DNA from: Ancylonema sp.
Taxonomy: Eukaryota
NCBI GenBank assembly: GCA_050230475.1
Contig: JBFLGF010000017.1
Location: 1-64,000 of the forward strand
Direction: 5' to 3'
DNA: 64,000 nucleotides
This document shows, one piece after another, positions 52,172-64,000 of this stretch. The translations under genes were made by a program, and so were the position numbers. The notes under the pieces are model-generated. The model saw only the letters and a list, made by a program, of their open reading frames with translations. It did no database searches and was not told the origin of the DNA. Positions within the stretch are counted from its first letter, which is position 1. Every line of letters starts with the position of its first letter.

Positions 52172-55100
52172 CTATCTCCTCGTCGACTTCCTCCTCCGTG
52201 GCACGTCTTGGTCTGTATCGTCGATAATATCGGCTCTCTTTCTTCTCCTAGAAGGAACCCCCTCCTCATCTCCATCATCGGCTGCCTCATCTTCCGCCTC
52301 TCCTGCCTCCTCTCCCTCCTCCTCCTCCACAACTGCCTCCTCCATTGCGGCACGGTTCACACATCGAGGCCGTTCTGCACTTGTGACTCGAGTGGCCGGT
52401 GACTTGGATTGCCTTGCAGCGCCACTTCCAGAGCTTGGATTGATTTGATTGGAGGACACAGTTGTGGCTCCTCCGTTGCGCCGATCCGGCATCAGCTCCT
52501 TACCAGATTCCACCGCTGCCTTCAGGTTCTGAGAAACCAGACATGCACGCGACATCAAGCAATCAGGCACCTTATGGCAAACGACAAACAAATGTTCACT
52601 ACAACGTTTGCAGATAAGATATGGATTGTCACCAAAGGTCTCATACACATACAGGAGTGCGTACATAAACAGAAAAACCTCCACAGTTCTACAGCATCCA
52701 ACAGGATAAGAACACTCACATCAGAACAACATTCCTCCACACCCACCTTCCAGTCTTCCATGTCGTAGATGAGGGCAAATTGTGCGTTCTGCACCTCCCC
52801 GGTTTCGATCTGCTCTTTGGTGGGCTCCTCCGCTTCCACTTCAGCAATACACCACAGCATCCCTGTCAGATGGCTATCTGCCTAGTGTGCAGCCCTGCTG
52901 GCAGCTCACCGGACGCGCACCCTCAGATTGGCCAACGCTACATGCAAGCTGGAGCCGTTTACAAAAAATCTAGACGTTACCGTACCATTAGCAGATTTTC
53001 GAAAAGTTCAGGAACCAATTTCGAACTTCCCCTGACAGCAGATGCTGAGACCGCATTCCTGATTCAAAGTACTTTGCATACTCTTCCGACATATCCATAT
53101 CTAACTAAAACCCCAAGCCTCTCTTTTCAACATTGCTGAATGACCTCCAGATGATCACAGAAAGAATCTTTGCGAGATGTGACCAATAAGAACGCCAAGA
53201 TCCAAAAGGGGCACGCAGCCCCGTACGATACTTACAGCACGTCAGGATCCCATCATCTGTCATCTTAAGCTCCACTCTCCCCATTCGAACCAGGAAAGAG
53301 AACGCGAAAATGTTCTCCACCGTCTGAGAAAACGAGTTCCTGCTGAGGACGAGGTTGGCGAAGGGTACACCCCCGCGATTGGCTTTCCTCTTCAGGATCT
53401 TCCTCATGGTGTCGATGATGCCGTCCGTGTGAGCTTTCACCTCGTCGGTTCCGTTATCCACCACCTGAACCTCAACAACACCACACAGCTCAGTCCGAGA
53501 CCTCCTCAGAACATGGTTGATGATGACAGTAACAAAAACTGAAGATCGGAAGAGGAATGGCAATCTTGGCCAAGAATAAGGATTGGAAGATGGACCACAG
53601 GGTTGGACGCACAGGGCTGCAGACTAGCAGTCCATATACCACAACCACAACTGCAACTCAGATTATGGCAACCACCAATAGGGATACGCTGCAACCTACG
53701 CTTGATTCTTTCCTCCCAGTGCGAAACCCATTTCGCAAAATACGTACCCCAGTTTGTCGCATCCGAAAGAGCTTCTCTCAACCAGCAACTGCTGATCTGC
53801 TTTCATAAGCCCGGCCCTCAGGAGACAACATGACCAGATGAAAATCTGGAGGCCTCGATTGCTTTCAGTGCCTGTACCATCCGTGCCATCCGTACCATCC
53901 GTACCTGCTGGGGGGTAACGAACTCCGTCGGAACACGACGGACTCTCCGCGGCCCGAGAACTTTCCTCGCCTTTGGTTCACAATCCATCGGCCCAATCCT
54001 GCGTGTGTTCCAATCAAACATATGATTCAATAACTCAAAGGACCATCAGATACCTGCTGAAGCGGAAAGCAGAGGAAGGCCGGTTGCTCTGCTTGTTCGT
54101 GAGCTGGCTCTCAACCTTCCCGCAGGTATCTACATCATCATCTGTGACAGATGTCACTCTACAGATGCTGATGGCTGCAGTGTTAATCCCTATCGAGTCC
54201 CGCGTGTGCAGTGAAAATGAGCACTGGACAGGGCAGCTGGATCGTTCAACAGATTGTGATTCTTAAGCTACATAGGAAGAGCATCACATCCACCTCCACT
54301 TCATGGGACGCTGGCAGGAAATGAAACTTTACATTGTGTCCACGCCTCCCAGAAATCTCGAGAGACAGCCAAGTTTCTGGACCATGACACCGAACTTCGC
54401 CCAGTTGAAGCTCTCTGGGTGAGCGTCCTCCTCCAGGTCCACCACTCCCTCGCAAAAATCTCGGAGCAAGCCTGCCTTGAAGTCCGCCATGGAGAGACCA
54501 CCCTCTTGCAAGTGGGTTTTCAGCGCGACCTGAAGGACGAGCGTCATGTCTCGAAGAACCTCTCCACCTTCCACATGCTCACGCACAGTTGTCCCTGCAC
54601 AGCCATCAGATAGCAGTTGACTCTAACAATCCAGGATATATTTCAGACTAAGCAATAAGTAGAAAGAGCACGGTACAAGACAGGAGACTGGCATGAAACG
54701 ACGGTACATGTAGATGGTACGTTTTGTGTCAAAAAAAGAAGGTGGACGGCAAAGAAACGAGAGGATGGAAGCAAACCGCTGCTTCCGTGCTCAGATAAGT
54801 AGAGTGGTGACAAACGTGATTTTCACTTCACACATGACCGCAGGATTTAAATCCACACCTTCCTTTTGGGCCGCATTGAGCGCCTTCATGGCTTCCTCAA
54901 ATCCTTGGCCTTTCACAAACTCGGCGGGCTCGGCTGCAGAAATTAAGGGAGGAACACAAACTGACTGTCAGACGAGGGACGAACGCGTCCACAATCATCT
55001 TGAAATCTGTAGTCGATCCGAACGTCACGAAGGACACCAATGGAAGCGCTGTGACCTAAAATACTCTTTTACCCTGTTGTTGTTTTTTTCTCTTGGATAC

Positions 55101-55640
55101 TTTGTCCTGGTTCTCTTATGCTCGCTGCCATACTGGAAGGGAAATCGAAGGACTTTCGTACTGCTCTCTGAGAAGTTGAGAGATATGACGGCGTCTTTCA
55201 TATCTATTCTGGCTGGCTGCATGGCGATAGCATACTTGTCAACTGCAGACAGATTTGGACATTGTCTAGACTTCAAATATTGACTGACGTGTTGGATACG
55301 GCCAAATTTTATGAAACGGTAAAGGGGCGCCCTCAGCAGATGCATCTCCTTCGGTGCAACAATCGGCTGTCTGAACGTCTTACTCAATGAACACTGTCAG
55401 CGATTGCGTGTTAAAAGTCATGAGCGGCAGTACGATTTGTAGGTACGAAAACGTAGTTGACAAGAGACATCCAAGGCTCAGGTTCCTTGAGAGCTGTGTA
55501 TGCGGAGGACGTTCAAGTATCTTACCCATCATTTTCGCCCGAAACTGGCGCAAGCCTCGTGAGTTATCCCTCATCTTTTGCGTCACAACGCCCGAACGGC
55601 GCGTACCCTCAGTCTCCATTGATCGCTGCGTACCAGCCAT
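52172..55640 (-). CDS. NSE4: Non-SMC element 4 (kleisin subunit of SMC5/6), ~407 aa; exons 55526-55640, 54859-54933, 54333-54594, 53905-53998, 53236-53464, 52747-52838, 52172-52528
   Basis: Nse4 C-terminal motif NLVLSRNSFSQTVENIFAFSFLVRMGRV, QFALIYDMEDWK|NLK..GKELMP, FNWAKFG..TMIGPM; six GT-AG introns sum to 1224 nt in frame; first exon less certain. Confidence 0.88.
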
Positions 55641-58349
55641 TTCGGCTGGTCAAAAGAAGACTCAGCGTTTCGACAGCCGCTCTAAAAACCCGAAGCGAGA
55701 TAACCCAGCACGACAGCTACTGCCCCTTGACACTAGTACAGGTTGGTGCTTTTCGTTCTCAGCAGGAAAGATGCTGAGAACGCTTTTTTTCAAGCCTTCT
55801 TTGCCGGTTGTGAGAATGGCCCTCCCAAAACAGCCCCAAAGCGCATCGGTGGAGGGAAATGCAGATGTGACTCGTGAGGTTCAATATTTGTACGCGCGTT
55901 AAATGCAAATTCCAAAATTTTGAACAAAAAAATCGCGTCTCCAGTGGGGGGTAGCCTACCCCGGGTAGGGTACTAATCGGCGAGCGTAAGTGAATACTCC
56001 GGGGATCACGTCGGGTATCACACCCGATGCGACAAATGTGCTCCGACCTAGGGCTGGATTTTAAAGCCCTGATAATACCGACTGTAATATGATTAGGGGT
56101 AATCATTCATGATCAATTTCTGATTTCCCTTCCCTCTTTTTTTATACATATATAACTATGAAGAAATTATGGCCCCACAAGAAGGGTTCATGCCTGATTG
56201 CTAGACCTTGTTGGTGCTTTATTTTAAAATATTTAAAGGCACGTTTCCTTCGGGATATTGAATTAGAGCTAACGTGTGAATATCAGTAGTTGATTGTTGA
56301 GGGTTAAGTTACTAATCTTCCCCGTCCTTACTCCGATCTATATGGGCGTAGATATACTCTCATGAGGACAAAATGAGCATCTATGTGCGCCAATAACGCG
56401 CCCTTTTGAGCTCATATATATGTAGATTTCCCACCCATATCCAACCGTTTTCTCCGCCATCCGCCACCCAACACGTTTGTCACCTCGCACATTCGGTCGA
56501 TATAGTTGCAGAGGGTGACCTTTCGATAGAGCCAAGCCGTTGATATAGTCCCCAAATCCTCCGGCGATTTCCGCCCCCCCGCCTTAAAAAAAACACATGA
56601 TGTAAAATATTCATCCGATTTTCCTCTTTTCGAATTGAGTATGATTCGTCATGCATTTTGTTATAACGACTACCATACGCGATGGGTGTCTTTCCGAAAA
56701 ACACGTGATCCTATAGTATATGTTAGTAATGCTAAGATGCACGAGCTTGTATTCGTGCTTATCCCGTAACATGTGCGTAGAAACGAAAATGAGCATACGT
56801 GCATCTTCACGTGTCAATGAGGTTCACATGGCTAAAACTGACGTATTTTTGTAATTGCCCTATCTTTTTAGAAAAAAAGTGCCATACAATTTTTGATCAA
56901 TGGCATTTGATAGTGTTATCGGTAACCTAGACCGCAAAAGGTGTTTATATCGAGTGATCACTATCATACGGGGGGGGAAGGGGGGGAGAACAATCAAATA
57001 TTATAGACTTCCAACGTATCAAGGGATGAAAGACCTATCAATACTAGGTGGTCTACATTGTGTGTCTTGTGTTTTGAAAGTCTCGTGCAAAAACTAATAC
57101 GACAAAAAAATTGCCGGCCCAAAAATGTGGGTCACATTATGGTTATTGCCTAGACTCGATCGGCATCGTACACTAACATCAAATGTGGCTAGACACGGCA
57201 AACGGCAACCTAACAACCACCCAAATATAGCCACATCACCGATATCATTTATTTCCCAATTGGGCGGGTCCAATCATGTTGAATGGCCCCGGCCACCGCC
57301 GTCCACACCATAAATATCCAACTTACTCCACATAAAAAATATCCCTCTAATCCGTCTAAATTAAACTTTCTCCAAATTGATATTTCCTACAAGACAAGAT
57401 TTCACCCTACAGGCACTAAATGCCTCCAATCCCTCTCCCCGAACTCTTACCATCAAGAACTCTCTAATTCAATTTGAACTTTCCAGACACTCATCACTTT
57501 CGAGATTTGTATGCTTCCTATTCGACCATCTCCTCAATCCGATATCTAGCTCTGGAGGGAATCCTTCATTTGTGCTAAAGCCCTCTTACTCCCCCCCATT
57601 AGAAACAAATCTTGTCCAAGGAGTGTCAAGAAAGCCGTTTGTGCATCTTCTCATTGAACCAGGGTTGCCCAATACGAAATACGATATCAATACGCTAGGT
57701 TCACAATACGTCGTATTTCACGTATGGAAAAATTTCGCGATTTGAAAATACGCGTATTGTCAATAGGTATACGTTTTTTCACGGTTTTAGACCCCACACA
57801 TATCCGAGAGTAGAATGGTAACATCGGGTGCCTATCCGAAATCCAATCGGCCATCAAAAGGAGGCATTTATCCATGAAATACATGACAAGCGCATGATCT
57901 ACCACTAGATGTGCAAAAAACTTATTCATTTTGATGGTGCGAGAATGGGGCATTCGTTGATAGACCCACACTTCTCATCTTCACTTTATTTGATTACATT
58001 TGCACGTTTCATCAATCTTTACTCCGCTTCCATTTACAACCATTTCTAAAAAAGACTCGATCGGGGCTTCCGTTTTTACTTGAGTAAGGTATAAAACAAG
58101 TGGAATGCTATAATCTAACAACAAATGCAACACTGATATCCAAAAAAACACTCATCTACAATAATAATCACATGAATCCTACTCCATTACTTGCTGCATG
58201 TTATTCATAAACACTTCAAATAAACAATTCAGAATGCCTCAGAGTACCTTCATTAATTAGTCCCTCTTGTCAATATGAGAACATACATAATGAGAAGCCT
58301 CCATGAACTTGCAATGACTTGGACACGGATGAAGTCTCACCTTGCTCCC

Positions 58350-58470
58350 GCACGCTACTTGTTACGGCCGAGTCCGATGATCTTGCAAAGCCTAGCAGTT
58401 GGAGTAACACGTTCTATCCTTCCCGCCAAAATTCCATCTCACGGTCGGATGAGGTTTACTAGCGAAGTTT
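58350..58470 (+). repeat. Unclassified dispersed repeat (copy of 45760-45890)
   Basis: Sequence similarity to the reverse complement of 45760-45890. Confidence 0.6.
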
Positions 58471-61400
58471 TAGATGGTATTCGTTGGGCGATGCACTATC
58501 AAATAGATTTCACTTGCACTATTTCATTTTCAAACGACGTGTACCTCCTCATGTTGTTCGCCTTTGTCACCCTTGTATTACCCTTGTATTACGACTTGTG
58601 CTCACCTACTCGGAAAACTCCCCTTCATCGCCCGACTCGTCCTCCACCAATTCAGGGATCTCTCGATAATTTGCTTTTACATTGCACACACGCACATGCT
58701 TTACGAATTTAGCATAGCAAGATGAGTGACGATGAGCACGACGGAGTTCATCGTGTTTACACATTATATATATTTTTGATTAATCCTCCCACCCCCCCAA
58801 ATGTGCATTGACTGTCAAGGTTAGCTCATAAGAGCTTGGCGGCAACAATATTATATCAAGGTGACAAAAAAAAAGATTGACTGAATTAATCGGTCTTGAG
58901 ATTAGATGAAGTAACATGATTACTTCATTGCCCTTAGAAGGGCCATGATGACATAATAAGTCTGTACGGGTATGTCGCGTCTATTTCTCGTTACTGGATG
59001 AGATAATTTGTGATAGTACGTTGCAAACGTAGGTCATTACGCTATCAAGTTCCCAAGAGAAAGAGAATGTGAATCACTCCCTTTATTGATACAACGCCTT
59101 TGCCAGTTGTCAGATACTATTCTGCTCCTCTTACTTGCAAATCGTTATCTTCTTGAACACTCTTCAAACCATTATTTCAGTACTAAAATAACGTCCAACG
59201 ACCTGCTCCGGACTTTAAAACATTTCTCATTTATTCAAGAGAACACTTGGACGGCCAATATGAGATTCTCCAAACGCAAGCATGTTGCATTATCATGGTC
59301 AAAATATTAAGATGGTTGTGAAAGGCGTCATCGATTGTCCATTGACGGTTGTATTTTTAAGTTTGGTTTTGCACTCGTTCATAATGTGAAGAACTAGCTT
59401 AGTATGGAGAGCTTGTACTTTTGTTGGCAACTGTTTCTTCGTTGTGCTCCTATCGGATACGTCCTGATAAAAATGGTCATCACGTGACTCAATCATGTCG
59501 AAATCCGGCCATCTAGATGACGAAGTAATTTGATCACTAAATCCGGTGACATGGTTTTTGCCTCCCGCAAACTCCTTCCCTGTAACATTTCTCGTTTTGC
59601 CATAAAACAATCCGCTCCCGCTACCCTCAATTCGGTAGCCTCCTCAACACTGGTGATTCCCTACAAGACACAAGGAAAACCAAGTAAACCTAAAATCGAC
59701 ACAACCATCTTAACATGCACAAACCTGAAAACCATGAGCCTTGATACTCACAACACTTCCGCCATTGACCAAACGATGACGGTTTGAGTTGACCTCCGCC
59801 CATTAGTGTGCATCCTAGCAGCCAATCTAGGTTCCAAATCAACACATCCCCCTCCCCCAAGAATGTTGGAACCAACCACAATGGCAGCTGCTCCCGCGGG
59901 CAAATCTTTTGTCAACGATCTCGCGATGCCCTGCCTCAAACCGGGGAAGGACAACTGTCCGTCGCCCAACCAAGAGAGTCCGAAGTCAAACGGATGAACG
60001 TAAACAATAAGTGCGATGCCTTGAGTAAAAACGATTCCTAAGAAACAAAAATAACATTCTTGATAATCACGCAACGGAAATCAAAGTTCGATGACTGTAG
60101 GGTTCATAAAACTAGCTCACCGAAAGCCCAACGGAAATGTTGATGCCAAACAACGGGATTCCTAAATCCACCATGTCTTCCGCTTCTTTCGCGTTAATAA
60201 CCTGCCGTGTTTCGTAAACCCCACACAATAAATAAATAAATTAGAAGCGTCAAAAGAAGCAGCAAAAATAAAACCGTAAAAGCAACACCGAACACGAGTC
60301 CGCCGTCTCCTCCCTCTCCCTCAAATATGGAGACACGGAGACAATACATAAGGAAAGTGCTGCTTTCCCCACTCATCCCTCCACATTTATTCCTCCACAG
60401 GGATTCCTTAAACCTTCTCCCAAACGTGAGTGCAATTGACAACCATTTGACTCCCAATTGGTTTTGACTCTCAGATACACAAAACGGGCTTTCTTTTTGA
60501 GGGACAAGAGTGTCCATACCTCCACTATTGCATCCATACCGAGTTGTACAGCACACGCTAACAGCGGGGGTGTACCTGGACTCGGAACACAACACAGATT
60601 CGACATTTGGCACATTTCGTCTCACCTTTGGCCAACTTTTGGTGTTGCGCCATTTCAAAGAAATCCGCATTCTATGAGCACTAGTGTAGGGAGTGGGGAG
60701 GAGTTCAGGAGTGGATGTTTTCCTCCATAAGTCCTCTCTTGCATGTCTATGTCTGGGGGAACGACTACGGTGAATCCTCTCTAGATTGATATGATTCACC
60801 CGTCTTGACGAATACTAACTTGAACTAGTCATTCCTTTAGTAGGAAAGTGTGAAGTGTAATCCAGTCACAAACCATAACCATGAACTCCTGTGGTATTGG
60901 GGGAGGAAGTGAAAGACCCACATATTTAACGTAGGAGGAAGTGTATAGTGCATAACTGGACTCATGACTGATAGAAAGTATGTTTGATTGGGTTGAAAGA
61001 GAGGCTCATTCACCTTGCCCAAGCACAGCATAGACTAAGTGTACAGCAGCAGCCCCTGCCTCTGCAGATTCAACAATCTGGAGCAGAAAGAGAAAATTGG
61101 TAAAGGAATCAAAGAAACGAACCAATACTTTGTGCTCATGTCTATTTGTGTTAAACAAGCCTATGGGCTCTTCTCCTCCAAAACATACAGAGGCAACTGA
61201 AGTAGGAGAACTACATAAGGCACATGCCTCAGAGAATATCAAGTACATATGATATATGAAGTACAAAATGTTCATTTAGTACATTAAGTATATGAATTAT
61301 ATCAAGTATAGTAAGTACATGAAGTACATCAAGTGATAAGCCATACCTGCAGCGGATGGAGGATCCAGTCTCGACGGAGTACGGGAACAGTGATAGCTGA

Positions 61401-61729
61401 AAGGAAGAAGGACACTCAAGACTCATTCAGAAAGCGACGACAGATACTCGATACAGAATGTTGTGTCCTCGTCCTCACACTCATTTCGGACCATACTACA
61501 GATGATGACTGTCCCTGAAGGTGTATAAGGATCTCCTCCTACTCATTGTGTCAATGTTGTCTGAGTGCCGACACCCTACCGTTGCAAACTGCTGCGAGAT
61601 CTGCCCTTCCGTCTGGCGTGTCTTCTTCATCGCAGCACAGGGCGATGGCGTCTGCCCCTGTTCCCTGTGCTCACGAATGTCAGTCCGGATCATGAACAAA
61701 TACAAAAACAAATACAAATCGAGACTGAA

Positions 61730-61990
61730 TACTACCGATACTACTGCTGATACTACTGGAACTAGTATTAGTTATGGGAGTGGTGGAAGTGGTGGTGTTA
61801 GTAATGATACATCTATAACTACTGACTGTAGTAGCAGTATTTAGTCTGATCACTAGTAGTTTAAGCAGTAGTAGTCGTAATGGTGGTGGTATTAGTAGTG
61901 ATGCAACAACTACTATTGCGAGTAGAAGCAGAATTGATCCTCGTGCTCGGAGTTGTGGCAGTAGCGGTTCTAGTAGTGGTGGTAGTATAA
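61730..61990. repeat. Degenerate (ACT)/(AGT/GGT)n low-complexity tract
   Basis: Visible trinucleotide-rich sequence. Confidence 0.75.
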
Positions 61991-63114
61991 CATTGCTATG
62001 ACAGCTCATCTCCTGAAGTCGGACACCACTGGCTGAATAGATCACGTTAACAACATTGAACATTGAACCCATGTCAGACAGAAACAGAATATGAACGTTT
62101 GCACTTAGCTCGTGTCTCCTACAGTTGAAGCTTTATGAGGCACAGGTTACTGAACAGGTTACCGTACCCCAGTGTACATACTGCTGGCATCTCTTGGCAA
62201 GCTCTTGAGGCGATTCCGAGGGAGAGAGTCTTGCACTCTCAGCGATGAGCGTCAACGCTTGCTGCTGCCTCGCAGCGGCAATGACATTTACGAGGGCATG
62301 TGGAGACCTGGTTTGCGGACCCAAGCTCATCCTCGAGTCCAGCGCCTCCAGATTCAGGTCCTTCACTTTATTCTTCAGATAGCGACGGGATCGTACAGAC
62401 ACACGAGCGAATATGCGTCAATGCCAGGCGGTTTTTTCGCTGTGTTCTACAAACTGAACCAGTGAGAGATCGCCAAGTTGCGTCCGCAGCAGATCGTAGC
62501 GAATTGATAGTGAGCAGGAACAAAGGATTTCCGGACGCTGCATGCTATCCATATCACAGTACATTGAGACGAAGCGGTGCCAGAATTACCTGCAGTGTCA
62601 TTTGCTTCCTCCTGATTATGCTGCCCAGGTTGCTCGACTTGTTGGCTCTGTCTGAGGTGGAACCAGAATCAGCTTGAAACTCACAGTACACAAACTTGCA
62701 AGGCGCGTTCGTCGTTGATCGGTTACAAGGCAGTTGCTTTCTCAGCAGAACGTCTGAAGCATTCCTGCAACTGTGGAGAGGAACTGCGTGCAACATTTCG
62801 ATAGAGTAGTCTTGCAAGTTCCGATACAGTGATATTGGCCAATATATTCAGCCAATTTGATGCTACGTAGGACGGGAGTAACCCAAAAAAATGACTACGT
62901 CTGCGAACTCTGATTCAGCACCCTGCATACATCAGAAATTAGCAGAGATCGGGACCACTCCGCCCTGTGTAAATCAGAATTGTTTCTCAAAGCCCTTCTT
63001 CTCGTACAGATCACAAGTTTCAGCATCATAGCGAGTACGTCTGACACTGTCAGAGAAACTCTGATGTTCTTCATGGCTCATGCAGAGATGGTCAACCCCG
63101 TTGCATCTGAGATT

Positions 63115-63392
63115 CGCGAGCGCGTGAGCGCATGAGGGCGAAATGGCAAGAAAGTCAGGATCATATTACGAGCGCAGATCATATGAGCGCATATGTAGGT
63201 AAGGCACACAAATTGCGCTCATCCTGCGCTTATTGCGCTCGTGTGGCTCAGTTTGCGCCCATACAGATTTTGCACTCATTTTGCGCTCATCTTTACCTGA
63301 GCCAACTGAGCTGCGCTCTTTGTGGCGCGCCAGTGAAGTATTTTCCGCTCATGGTACGTTCACGGGCGCAATCCCCGCTCATGACAGCCTGA
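63115..63392. repeat. Cluster of GAGCGC(A)/TGCGCTC motifs, probably DNA-transposon subterminal repeats
   Basis: About ten copies switching orientation near 63200; ends in GACAGCCTG (CAGGCTGTC reversed, hAT-like); left TIR not found. Confidence 0.45.
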
Positions 63393-64000
63393 ATTGCTAC
63401 AACGTCCGGAACGAAACACAAACGTCACGAGCATCACGTGGCACCTTGGTGCAAACTTATCTAGCATGGTGCAACCATCCAAGAATTGTGTATAATGTGA
63501 GTAGTGTCCGCATCCATCTTAAGTTGTCCTCATTGATGATTGAAGCAATCTCCATTTGACACAACGATGGAGCTTAGAGAATATGAATTGCCAAAGCTTT
63601 CAAACATCAACAATTAAACAAAAAATTGGGGAGTCCTCTGTCACTCGTTTCCAAATGCATACATTGCTGATTGCTGAACATTATGCGTCTATAGGCAACA
63701 TCGAATGGTTTGGACATACTCATACCCCCAAAATACTTTGTATACATCCCTGCGTATGAGCCCCGCTTGCTAAACACTACTGCCATACAAAAAAAAAAAA
63801 ACGCGTCTCCACCCCCACTACGGCAAGACCTCCGAGCCCAAACTACTGACCCTACTCAAATGGATTATATGCACGAAGCCTCTATATAGTACAGGTTGAC
63901 CACCAGACCAAGTACAACATTTTGACATAAACTGCCAACTACGAGTTCCAAAAAATCCACTGCGACTGAATTTATCGACAAGAGGGAAAATGTAAAGCGG

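Noticed and set aside
59000..63000. Several 100-200 aa ORFs, some Cys-rich (61521-61844, 62133-62402)
   Set aside because: No recognisable domain; frequent stops; probably decayed repeat sequence that cannot be classified by eye.

Overview
Eukaryotic, intron-containing, transposon-dense DNA, most likely from a streptophyte alga or early-diverging plant (inferred from plant-type NSE4 and RAY1-like sequences and Met-i-primed Copia elements). Three apparently intact host genes can be built with GT-AG introns: a 4-exon D-Ala-D-Ala-ligase-like ATP-grasp + SET/post-SET fusion (4354-6970, +), an SGNH/GDSL hydrolase-like membrane-anchored protein (32113-34621, +) and the 7-exon SMC5/6 kleisin NSE4 (52172-55640, -). 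A disrupted RAY1-like GT77 glycosyltransferase lies at 29105-31550 (-). Most of the rest is nested mobile DNA: several Ty1/Copia elements and solo LTRs (one family with TG...TA termini), a decayed Gypsy element with a PHD finger after its integrase, hAT elements and MITEs with 8-bp TSDs, Tc1/mariner(pogo)-like MITEs with TA TSDs and a Mutator-like MITE. The best candidate for new biology is the ATP-grasp-SET fusion enzyme. All calls are from motif recognition by eye; no database search was run.
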